Of a stretch of 64,000 nt of DNA, positions 27,663 to 36,203 are shown piece after piece (the first letter of the stretch is position 1; every line of letters begins with the position of its first letter). The notes below the pieces were generated by a model. That model worked only from the letters and a program-made list of their open reading frames with translations. It was not told the origin of the DNA and searched no databases. Origin of the DNA: an uncultured Gammaproteobacteria bacterium (GTDB taxonomy: Bacteria > Patescibacteriota > Microgenomatia > CAYSOG01); contig CAYSOG010000005.1 in assembly GCA_964432675.1 (NCBI GenBank), forward strand, positions 910 to 64,909, read 5' to 3'. The position numbers and the translations under genes were made by a program.

Positions 27663-28652
27663 CTAAATCAGTGGTTTTGACCGTTCACCGTCGCCGGCAC
27701 CCAGCAAGCGGGAATTACCAAGCGGTTTGTGCTTGTCTTCATCATCTTCGTCACCCGGCAACATTTTGTGAATGCCAGCGAGTGCCGTATATACAGTTGC
27801 CACCTGGTCGGGTCTCTGCCTTCCTTCAATTTCGATCTTAAAGTGGTGGCGCATGGATGTTGCTTCAGCTAAAATGCCGAATATAACGTCCACAACCCGT
27901 TCCGGATCAGGTAAAACGGCGATGTGATCATAACCAACCAAGTCGGCCCAATAATCAAACATTCTATTCTCAAGGGCTTTCATTTGGTCACTATCTGATC
28001 TACTAGTGTCAAACGGTTTTTTAATGACATATACCGCACATTTACGGGCAAGCTCTGTGAATACTTCTTTTGTTGATAGCCTACCTGGCAGGTCAACATG
28101 ACCATACTTCTTGGCATGATCACCATTGACGAACGGGTACGGCATTTCATCACCAATGAAGATAACAATCGGCCGCAGCGCCTTTGGCATATGAACATTG
28201 CGGGCAATATACAAGGCCGCAAGCTCGTATGTTTCTTGGCGTTGACCACCACCATTGCTTTCTATTTTGAGCTGTTCCAACTGAGTCGCAAGGTCGGTAC
28301 CCTTGGTAAATGGCCGAACCTGTAGCGGATAACTATCAGAGTAGGCATCCCCAATAGCAAAGAAGCTGATTTCCATTTCCTCACCGAGATACGATTTTCC
28401 TTCGATCTCAAGGTATCCCAGTTTGGAAAAAATGACAGCTGTCCAGTCACCCATTGAACCGGTTTCGTCAGTTACGACGATGAGTGGTTGTGGACTATCA
28501 GTCGAGATAGATTCCGGTACTAGGTCGGCAGCTTTTACACCGGCGGCTCTCGCATCGCTGTAACTGCGGCCAACATGCGTGTCGTACGCTCTGCGTGCTG
28601 CAGCAAAATCATGGCCCTTCCAGGCACCAGGATTAAAATCAGCGTTCCCCAT
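27663..28652 (-). CDS. von Willebrand factor A (vWA) domain protein
   Basis: LIVVTDETGSMGDW is a MIDAS-like D-x-[ST]-G-S motif. It is immediately downstream of, and co-directional with, a Ser/Thr kinase. Confidence 0.55.
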   Translation of the reverse strand: MGNADFNPGAWKGHDFAAARRAYDTHVGRSYSDARAAGVKAADLVPESISTDSPQPLIVVTDETGSMGDWTAVIFSKLGYLEIEGKSYLGEEMEISFFAIGDAYSDSYPLQVRPFTKGTDLATQLEQLKIESNGGGQRQETYELAALYIARNVHMPKALRPIVIFIGDEMPYPFVNGDHAKKYGHVDLPGRLSTKEVFTELARKCAVYVIKKPFDTSRSDSDQMKALENRMFDYWADLVGYDHIAVLPDPERVVDVIFGILAEATSMRHHFKIEIEGRQRPDQVATVYTALAGIHKMLPGDEDDEDKHKPLGNSRLLGAGDGERSKPLI

Positions 28653-28671
28653 GGTTTGTTACCTTCTCTTT

Positions 28672-29682
28672 CTAAAGCCCTGGAATTGGTTTCATGTCAG
28701 AATGCACGCGACCAAACGCTTGTTGTCTGACTTGTTGGATATCTTCCCAGAGGTCTACCTTTTCCCAAGTTGGTCTGTCACGAACATCATGTTGGATAAG
28801 TTGCGCGATAAAGCTTCTGACCGGGTCTGGTACCTCCTTAGGCAAAGACCTTGCTTGGACCATCTCTGGCTTACCACTTAAGGCAAATAGCATGGTCATA
28901 CCCAAACTGTAAAAGTCAGATTCTGGCAAAAGCGGTTTGCCTGCAATTTCCTCAGGAGGTGCGTAAATTTCGGTGTACCCTTTGGACTTCGAACCTGCCG
29001 AAGGCTTAATAATCGAAAGCCCGTAGTCTACAACAACCACCATGTGGCTTTCATGCTGGATGATAATGTTTTGCGGTTTAATATCTCCGTGGACAACACC
29101 ATGGAAATGAAGAAATTTCAGTGCATTAAGGACGCGCTGAGCAATCCAGCAAACATCTTCTGCATCAAGCCGCCCAACTTTCTCAATAATTTCGGCAAGG
29201 GTAAAGCCTGGAATATAGCTCATGACCAATGCCAGGCTACCGTCAGGCAAACGCAGTATATTGCGCATGGCTGGAACGGAGTAATGCCGCAAGTCCCACA
29301 CTGCCTTGGCTTCTTCAATTAAGATCTGCTCATGGAGTGGGGAAATTTCGGAACAATGCTTGATGCATACCGGCTCGTTGAGCAAGATTTGCTCACCGCG
29401 GTAGGTAATGCCGAAGCCACCCTCTGCGATTTTATCCAAAATGCGGTATTCACCAATAATCTTGCCATCAAGCTGCCGCGAATCCATATCATAGGCTGCA
29501 CGTTTCTTTGGGTCGGATAATTTATCGTATGCTTCATTAAGGAGAACCGCGATCCGATCAGTATCATCAACTATCCCATTTGGGAAATGGGCTTTCATTA
29601 AAGCCCGGTATGCCCCGGTAATTACTTCCTGTTGAGCCCTTGGGTGAACTTGCAAAACTTCATAAGGGTTTTGGTCAGGCAT
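28672..29682 (-). CDS. Hanks-type Ser/Thr protein kinase (non-RD: HGD catalytic loop)
   Basis: GEGGFG Gly-loop, VCIKHC (VAIK Lys), HGDIKPQNIII, DYGLS (DFG variant) and YAPPE (APE). Confidence 0.8.
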   Translation of the reverse strand: MPDQNPYEVLQVHPRAQQEVITGAYRALMKAHFPNGIVDDTDRIAVLLNEAYDKLSDPKKRAAYDMDSRQLDGKIIGEYRILDKIAEGGFGITYRGEQILLNEPVCIKHCSEISPLHEQILIEEAKAVWDLRHYSVPAMRNILRLPDGSLALVMSYIPGFTLAEIIEKVGRLDAEDVCWIAQRVLNALKFLHFHGVVHGDIKPQNIIIQHESHMVVVVDYGLSIIKPSAGSKSKGYTEIYAPPEEIAGKPLLPESDFYSLGMTMLFALSGKPEMVQARSLPKEVPDPVRSFIAQLIQHDVRDRPTWEKVDLWEDIQQVRQQAFGRVHSDMKPIPGL

Positions 29683-29878
29683 TATTCCTTCTGCCTCCTC
29701 TCGCTTGCCATTTAGAGGTTAGTATGTAATCCCGAAGTTGTTAAAGTACGAGTATTACGAATGTTCTCGCAATGCTGACAATCATTTTGTCGCTGTTATT
29801 GTAACACGAATTTGTGCCTAAGTAAACTATAGGTTTACTGGGTTGTTGTCTGGTTCCAAATTATAAGTGAATGGAAAT

Positions 29879-29905
29879 GCGCCTGAAGGATGTACCCTCA
29901 GGCGC
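29879..29905 (-). terminator. Hairpin immediately downstream of the pit stop codon (probable terminator, weak U-tract)
   Basis: GCGCCTGA-n11-TCAGGCGC is a perfect 8-bp stem 11 nt beyond the stop at 29917. On the minus strand it is followed by atttccatt. Confidence 0.4.
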
Positions 29906-29916
29906 TAGAAGATTTG

Positions 29917-30927
29917 TCAGCGATTTGTAACAAGTTTATACCCAAACATTAGCAAGTAACCCAAGAAAAAGCAGGCTGGTAATGTCGCAACCCACGCCAT
30001 GACGATATTGCCTGCAGTTTTCCAGTAAACCTTGCGTATGCCATGGGCTGCGCCAACACCGATCACAGCAGAACTAATAGCATGGGTGGTTGAGATCGGC
30101 ATGCTAAAAACGCGCGTCGCAACTTCAATAACCGTGCCGGCTGCAGTTTCTGCGGCAAATCCTTGCATCGGCGACAGTTCTGTTAGCTTGTACGCCATAG
30201 TATGAATAATTCGCCAACCGCCGCAAAAAGTGCCTAAAGCAATTGCCGTCGCTGCTGTTATGATTACCCAAATAGGTATGTAGAAATGGCTTCCTAATAC
30301 ACCCGAACTATATAATGAAAGCGCAATAATCCCCATTGTCTTTTGTCCGTCATTACCACCGTGAGAAAATGCCATCCAGACAGAAGAAACTAGTTGCGCC
30401 TTACCAAAAACAGTATTAGCAAGCTTGTGGTTACTATCAAAAAATACTCGGAGTAATCGTAAAAGAGCCAACCCTCCTAAAAGACCCAAGATAGGCGAAT
30501 AGACTAATCCAGCGACAACTTTAACTAGTCCCGCCGAGATCACGACATGCATGCCAGCGGTTGCAATGGCCGCGCCTAAAACACCAAATAGTAATGCATG
30601 AGAACTGCTGGTCGGCAGTCCGAGCCGCCACGTAAAAAGGTCCCAAATAATCGCCGCAAGCAATGCCGCAATAATAGTTTCCTGGCTTACGGCTTTTGAG
30701 TCAACCAACCCTTTACCAATAGTCGCAGCAACAGCAGTACTCGACACTGCACCTACAAAATTCATGACCGATGCCATACTTACGGCTTTTTTCGGCGTTA
30801 AGACCCTTGTCGCAACCACAGTTGCAATAGCATTTGCCGTATCGTGGAAACCATTAATAAACTCAAAAACATGGCCTGCAACATAGATGATACAAAGTAG
30901 CACTAAGACCGAATTCACATAGTCCAT
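29917..30927 (-). CDS. pit: Inorganic phosphate transporter, PiT family
   Basis: The N-terminus GHVFEFINGFHDTANAIATVV carries the GxNDxAN-type PHO4 signature, repeated in the second half as SHGGNDGQKTMGI. Polytopic. Confidence 0.8.
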   Translation of the reverse strand: MDYVNSVLVLLCIIYVAGHVFEFINGFHDTANAIATVVATRVLTPKKAVSMASVMNFVGAVSSTAVAATIGKGLVDSKAVSQETIIAALLAAIIWDLFTWRLGLPTSSSHALLFGVLGAAIATAGMHVVISAGLVKVVAGLVYSPILGLLGGLALLRLLRVFFDSNHKLANTVFGKAQLVSSVWMAFSHGGNDGQKTMGIIALSLYSSGVLGSHFYIPIWVIITAATAIALGTFCGGWRIIHTMAYKLTELSPMQGFAAETAAGTVIEVATRVFSMPISTTHAISSAVIGVGAAHGIRKVYWKTAGNIVMAWVATLPACFFLGYLLMFGYKLVTNR

Positions 30928-31113
30928 TTCTCTTACTCTTTCGTTACTAAAAGGCTTGTTGACGGTACATCTCGAGCTTGCAAATTAGTTAATGTACAAA
31001 ATATATACTTCCTAAATTAGTATATATTTATTTATAGGTTATATACCATAACTATCAGATGTCAAGTCTTATTTAACTGGTTTTTACCACTCTACTATGG
31101 TATATATACCAGT

Positions 31114-32109
31114 ATGGAGATAAGAAAACTACAAAAAACCGGTGGTTCAAGCCTGACAATTACCCTGCCAAAAAAATGGCTTGATAGGAGTAAGTTGCAA
31201 GATAAAGACGCAGTGGCAGTGCATGGGCTCGATGCAGGTTATCTATTACTAAAACCTTCCATCACAACGCAGGTCCAAAAGGCAATATTCGCAATCGACG
31301 GTTTAGATGCAAATACGCTTTTGCGAGAACTCATTGCCTATTACTTATCCGGCACGGACGAAATTGTTATAAGAAGCCAAAATATTAATTCGGAACAACG
31401 CAATTGGGTAAGAAATTTAACAAATGCCTTTATTGGCTTTGAAATAGTTGATGAATCTGCCAAAGAAATAACGCTAAAAAATATCTTCGATGATAAAAAA
31501 TTCACCATACCACAACGAATAGACAAGATGTTTACCATTACTGAAACGATGTTTGAAGATTCGTTGAAAGCACTTTCAGAAAATAACACTACACTTGCAC
31601 AAGATATTGTTGGAAGAGACTTTGAAATTGATAAGTTGCATTGGGCAATCGTGCGGCAATTCCACTCTTTAATATCATTCAAGCTTTTTGAGGAAGAAAT
31701 AGGCATTACCTTTATTGACCTGCATTATTTTGAAATGGTCTCAACGCAGCTTGAAAGAATTGCAGATCACGCCGTAAAAATAGCCAATGCCATTATCGAA
31801 ACGCCGCAAGAAAATTTGCAAAGCATTGCAAAATCAAAGAATTTTAAAATGATTACTGAAAAAATTATTGCGATGCTGCATGATACGGCATTTATGGTCA
31901 AATCACTCGACACAAATATGGCGCATAAAATTTTAGACCAGAGTAAGGAAGTTGAACTGGCAATTACGGTAGAAAAACGCCATTATGCAAAAAGTAATCT
32001 TGTCGAAATTATTACCGAAGACAGCTTTGATCGAATTAGGGGCTATATAATGAACATTGCCGAAATGACTATTGACCAATCGGTTCTGCAACGTGAACTC
32101 CAACAATAA
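31114..32109 (+). CDS. PhoU-domain phosphate uptake regulator with N-terminal AbrB/SpoVT-type DNA-binding domain (Pit accessory/regulator type)
   Basis: The N-terminus QKTGGSSLTITLPKKWLD is a SpoVT/AbrB swapped-hairpin motif. The remainder is helical and PhoU-like. It is divergent from pit with a shared 186-bp promoter region. Confidence 0.6.
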   Translation: MEIRKLQKTGGSSLTITLPKKWLDRSKLQDKDAVAVHGLDAGYLLLKPSITTQVQKAIFAIDGLDANTLLRELIAYYLSGTDEIVIRSQNINSEQRNWVRNLTNAFIGFEIVDESAKEITLKNIFDDKKFTIPQRIDKMFTITETMFEDSLKALSENNTTLAQDIVGRDFEIDKLHWAIVRQFHSLISFKLFEEEIGITFIDLHYFEMVSTQLERIADHAVKIANAIIETPQENLQSIAKSKNFKMITEKIIAMLHDTAFMVKSLDTNMAHKILDQSKEVELAITVEKRHYAKSNLVEIITEDSFDRIRGYIMNIAEMTIDQSVLQRELQQ

Positions 32110-32289
32110 TACGATTGATTCATGTACCTTTCCTGCTTTCAAAATCTGGAAGCCCAAGCTATAGAACGTTATAAATATAAGGGGATGTAGAGAGAAAAAT
32201 TATCGACCGCGATATTTTTGCCACTATAACTAAATGACTTAATACTCGGCAATATCCGTATTGTTAACTTACTATGCTATACTGCAACT

Positions 32290-32634
32290 ATGGATGAAAA
32301 GGATCAGAAAGAACAGGGTCTTGGCTCATCGACAGGTTCAACTGCAACAAACTTGACCTTCCAAAAGGCCATCGAAATGGGCGAATATGACCCTGAATTT
32401 TTAGCAAATTTCCCTGAATGGCACACTTTTAGTAGACACACACAATTTGAGTACATACGAGAAGGGCTTGCGAACAGGCGGAAGCACTTATTAACTCAGT
32501 GGGCAGAAATAAATAATGTCTTAGACTTTCGTTTAAAACCACATTTAAATCAGGCACTCAAAAATGTTGAGGATCAACTTGAACAGCTTCTTAAAGAAAA
32601 GGAACGCTTATTTGTTGAGTACTCAAAGCAATAA
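32290..32634 (+). CDS. Hypothetical small protein
   Basis: ORF with a coiled-coil-like C-terminus. No motif. Confidence 0.35.
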   Translation: MDEKDQKEQGLGSSTGSTATNLTFQKAIEMGEYDPEFLANFPEWHTFSRHTQFEYIREGLANRRKHLLTQWAEINNVLDFRLKPHLNQALKNVEDQLEQLLKEKERLFVEYSKQ

Positions 32635-32657
32635 ATCTTGTCGTACAAATACACTAT

Positions 32658-34436
32658 CTATTTATACCCTTGTGCTTGTATATTAAATAGTTCGGCATAC
32701 AAGCCTTTCTTACTCATCAACTTTTCGTGGTTACCTTCTTCAATAATTTTCCCTTCGTCCAAAACCAGTATGCGATCAGCGTTTCGTACCGTCGAAAACC
32801 GATGGGAAATAATAATGACTGTTTTATCTTTTTGTAACTTTTGGACATTTTCGAATATCTCGTATTCTGCTTTTGCATCGATTGCACTGGTTGGTTCATC
32901 AAGGATCAATATTGGAGCGTCTCGAAAAAATGCCCTGGCAAGGGCCAACTTTTGCCACTGGCCACCAGATAAGTCCACACCGTTATCAAACTTCTTGCCG
33001 ACAACTTGGTCTATACCATCGGGTAACTCTTTGATATAACTATCGGCGCCAGACTTCATAATGGCCTCTTTTAGAAGTGCCTCATTATTGTTTTCTTCGA
33101 TATTGCCAAAATAAACGTTTTCCTTAAACGAGAGGTTGTATTTAATAAAGTCCTGGAAAAGTGCGCCGATTATCTTATGCCAGGCTTCTAAGTCTACTTG
33201 CTTGATATTTATACCGTTAAGTAAAATTTCACCTTCAGTTGCATCATAAAACCGCAAAAGCAGTTTAATGAGGGTTGATTTTCCAGCCCCATTTTCTCCA
33301 ACCAAGGCAATCTTTTCACCGGATGTTATCTTTAAATTGATATTCTTAAAAATAAATCTTTCTGAATGAGGATATTGAAAAGATACATTCACAAACTCAA
33401 CTGTCGGGGGAAGAGGCCCTGGAATTTCTGTCGGATGTTCCGGATTTTTAATGAACCTTGGATAATCCAAAAAGTCAAAATACTGGTCTAAATATTTCAC
33501 TCGCATGTAGGCCGCTGAGTAGTGGTCCAAGGTGAGGTTTGCTCCTTGGGCTAGGTTCATTGTTTGTTGAAAGATCAAGCTAAATTGGCCAATCGAAAGC
33601 CTACCAGCAATAACAGAAGTTAAGTTATAAAATTGGGTAATAAAAAAGACAATCAATTGTATTAAGTCAGCCGCTATAACTAATTTTATTGTCCGATCTA
33701 ATACTTTGACTAATTTTTTCATATATCTTGTTTGTATTAATATCATCTTTGCGATAAGCAGTTCGCCATTTCTAAATATGGCAATCTCTTTAGAAGTTGA
33801 ATCTTGGACAAATAAGTCGATAAGATATTTTTGAATCCGAACGGTTTTGGGCCGCTCTTCAAGCAAAAACGGGTAAATGCTTTTTCGGTAATTTTGCAGC
33901 GCTAAAAATAACGGCAATGACGATAGTAAAATTGCCGGAACAAAAAGTGGAAATATCTTGCCAACAACGATAATGCCGGTAATAAACATAACTAATGCAT
34001 TGAGCATGCCAATAAACCGGTCAATAAACTCATTCATGTTATACCGGATCATTTCAATCTGCGCCAAAAGGTCTTGGAATTTTGGGTTCTCGAATGTTGC
34101 TGGATCAAGGGTAGCGAGTTTGTTAATACTTATCCTTTCGATATAATCTTGCATCCGATAGCCAAAAACTAAATCACGGGTTTGAAGCAGGTTAATCAAA
34201 ATTCTGTTTAACAGTGCGGCCAAGATGTAAATAATAATAGGAATAGTTAAATCAGTGACTTGTAAGCCTCGACGCGCAGCTAGCAAATCTAACAACTTTG
34301 AGAGTAATATTATTTGGATTAATGGAAAAAATGTTTGGCTATAAATCTGAGAAAAGATAGATATGCCTGCATAAATGCCATTGGCTTGCCAAAGCATTTT
34401 CAAAACCCGCCAGCCATATCGCAATGTCTTAAACAT
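32658..34436 (-). CDS. ABC transporter, fused permease/ATPase (type I exporter, MsbA-like)
   Basis: Six-TM N-terminal domain. The NBD has the Walker A motif GENGAGKST, the signature LSGGQWQKLALARAF and the Walker B motif ILILDEPTSAID. Confidence 0.85.
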   Translation of the reverse strand: MFKTLRYGWRVLKMLWQANGIYAGISIFSQIYSQTFFPLIQIILLSKLLDLLAARRGLQVTDLTIPIIIYILAALLNRILINLLQTRDLVFGYRMQDYIERISINKLATLDPATFENPKFQDLLAQIEMIRYNMNEFIDRFIGMLNALVMFITGIIVVGKIFPLFVPAILLSSLPLFLALQNYRKSIYPFLLEERPKTVRIQKYLIDLFVQDSTSKEIAIFRNGELLIAKMILIQTRYMKKLVKVLDRTIKLVIAADLIQLIVFFITQFYNLTSVIAGRLSIGQFSLIFQQTMNLAQGANLTLDHYSAAYMRVKYLDQYFDFLDYPRFIKNPEHPTEIPGPLPPTVEFVNVSFQYPHSERFIFKNINLKITSGEKIALVGENGAGKSTLIKLLLRFYDATEGEILLNGINIKQVDLEAWHKIIGALFQDFIKYNLSFKENVYFGNIEENNNEALLKEAIMKSGADSYIKELPDGIDQVVGKKFDNGVDLSGGQWQKLALARAFFRDAPILILDEPTSAIDAKAEYEIFENVQKLQKDKTVIIISHRFSTVRNADRILVLDEGKIIEEGNHEKLMSKKGLYAELFNIQAQGYK

Positions 34437-34565
34437 GTTTTTAGTATAGCAAAGCTATTGGATTTATGATGCTACACCCAGTTATCTGCCATGACATTTC
34501 TTGAAATGTGAGTCAAATAGGGAACCCCGCAGAAATCAACTTACTAGGTCAATTACGTAAGCCGT

Positions 34566-35177
34566 TCACTGTTTACTAATTACTACAAAACCTCTTTCTA
34601 TTCCATCAATTTTTTTGTCCATAGCTCCAGTTAACTGATCAACCGTTGTAGTCCAGTAACTAGGACTTTTAGCGTCAGGATCACAGAGTAAAATAGTACC
34701 TTTCTTTATTTCATCAATTAATACGAAATGTCCAAATGCTCTTTTTTCATCAATATATTTCATATGGAAATTAGCAATAAGGTCATTACCATTATCAATG
34801 TTAGTTTTTATGAAGTCTTTTACATTATTAATATTACTAATCAGAAAAACCTTTGACGCTAAAGCCGGTCTTAAATTACTAAAAAAGTTCCTAACTATAA
34901 TTTCACCAAATTCTACAAGATTAATGCCTGCTTCTTTGTTATCCGTCGTTGTCTTGAGTTTTAAGGTGAAGTATTTAGCCTCATGCGGAAATACCCTTGC
35001 ATTTACTTTTTCTGCTATCTCCTCTTGATCCATCATAATATCATTTCTTAATAGGATCATTTGAATACACGTTGGCCCACATAAAGAAGGTTTTTCCACT
35101 AAATGATAGTAGCGTCGTTTAGGCATAACGCCATTATAGCCTAATGAGCCTAGCTCAGAAATAGAATATAATGCCAA
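34566..35177 (-). CDS. Stand-alone papain-like cysteine peptidase, C39-like family (putative)
   Basis: PSLCGPTCIQMILL resembles the C39 catalytic-Cys region (xCGPxxLxMxL). A downstream GHFVLIDEI resembles the C39 His motif. It lies immediately upstream of the ABC exporter on the same strand. Confidence 0.45.
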   Translation of the reverse strand: MALYSISELGSLGYNGVMPKRRYYHLVEKPSLCGPTCIQMILLRNDIMMDQEEIAEKVNARVFPHEAKYFTLKLKTTTDNKEAGINLVEFGEIIVRNFFSNLRPALASKVFLISNINNVKDFIKTNIDNGNDLIANFHMKYIDEKRAFGHFVLIDEIKKGTILLCDPDAKSPSYWTTTVDQLTGAMDKKIDGIERGFVVISKQ

Positions 35178-35178
35178 T

Positions 35179-36009
35179 ATGGGAAAGATTCACATCATGG
35201 GAATTCTAAACGTAACGCCTGACTCATTTTCTGACGGCGGTATATATTACCAGAACCCCGATAAAGCAGTTGCTCATGCACTTAAAATGGTTGATGAGGG
35301 TGCAGATATTCTTGATATAGGTGGAGAATCAACTAGACCGGGATCGAAATCCGTTACCGTTGACGAGGAAATAGATCGTGTTTTGCCTGTTATAGCATTA
35401 CTTAAAGAGAGATTAGGCGAAAAGGCTAGCATTTCAATCGATACAAATAAATCCGAGGTTGCAAGAACTGCTTTAGCTAATGGTGCCAAAATTGTAAATA
35501 GTTTGGGTGGCCTGACGCTTGATAAACATCTAGCTGACGTTGTTAGTCAGGCACATTGTACTTTCATTATTTATCATATCAAAGGTAAACCCAAAACGAT
35601 GCAACAAGGCGAAATTATTTATGACGATGTTATAAAGAATATTACGAAATTTTTCGAGAACCAAATTGCATATGGTGAAAATCACGGTATCAATCGTAAC
35701 CAATTCATAATAGACCCCGGGGTTGGTTTTGGGAAAACAGTCGAGCAGAATGTAGTAATTATCAAGAGGCTTGATGAATTTAGATCACTGAATTTACCAA
35801 TTCTCATTGGCGTTTCACGAAAAAGTCATTTAGGAAAAATATTGCAATCGAAACTCCAGTTGTCTCACATACCAACTCCACTAGAACGGCTTGAAGCAGC
35901 ACTTGCTGAAACAGCTATTGCTGTAATCAATGGGGCTACTATAATTCGGACACATGATGTGTCACAAACTAAAAAATTTGTTACTGTATTGGAAAATTTC
36001 ATCAAGTGA
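35179..36009 (+). CDS. folP: Dihydropteroate synthase
   Basis: IMGILNVTPDSFSDGG, DIGGESTRPG and the overall pterin-binding TIM-barrel pattern. Confidence 0.9.
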   Translation: MGKIHIMGILNVTPDSFSDGGIYYQNPDKAVAHALKMVDEGADILDIGGESTRPGSKSVTVDEEIDRVLPVIALLKERLGEKASISIDTNKSEVARTALANGAKIVNSLGGLTLDKHLADVVSQAHCTFIIYHIKGKPKTMQQGEIIYDDVIKNITKFFENQIAYGENHGINRNQFIIDPGVGFGKTVEQNVVIIKRLDEFRSLNLPILIGVSRKSHLGKILQSKLQLSHIPTPLERLEAALAETAIAVINGATIIRTHDVSQTKKFVTVLENFIK

Positions 36010-36203
36010 ATATGCCTATTTTAAAAACCATGAGGTTCCCATTGGTTATGGATGAGGCCTATAAGTATTATGTTGGAGATGTAGTTTGATTTAGTTTAAT
36101 GATGTTGAAAATAGTATCATAAAACTAACAATTATATTTTTACAACAACCTAATTACCTGCCGTGGCATTTTTTTAAGCGGAGCACAAGAAATTCATTAG
36201 TTT

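Noticed and set aside
25752-29682. Sortase gene near the LPXTG protein
   Set aside because: No ORF in the window contains a TLXTC-type sortase catalytic motif. The anchoring enzyme must be encoded elsewhere, if it exists.
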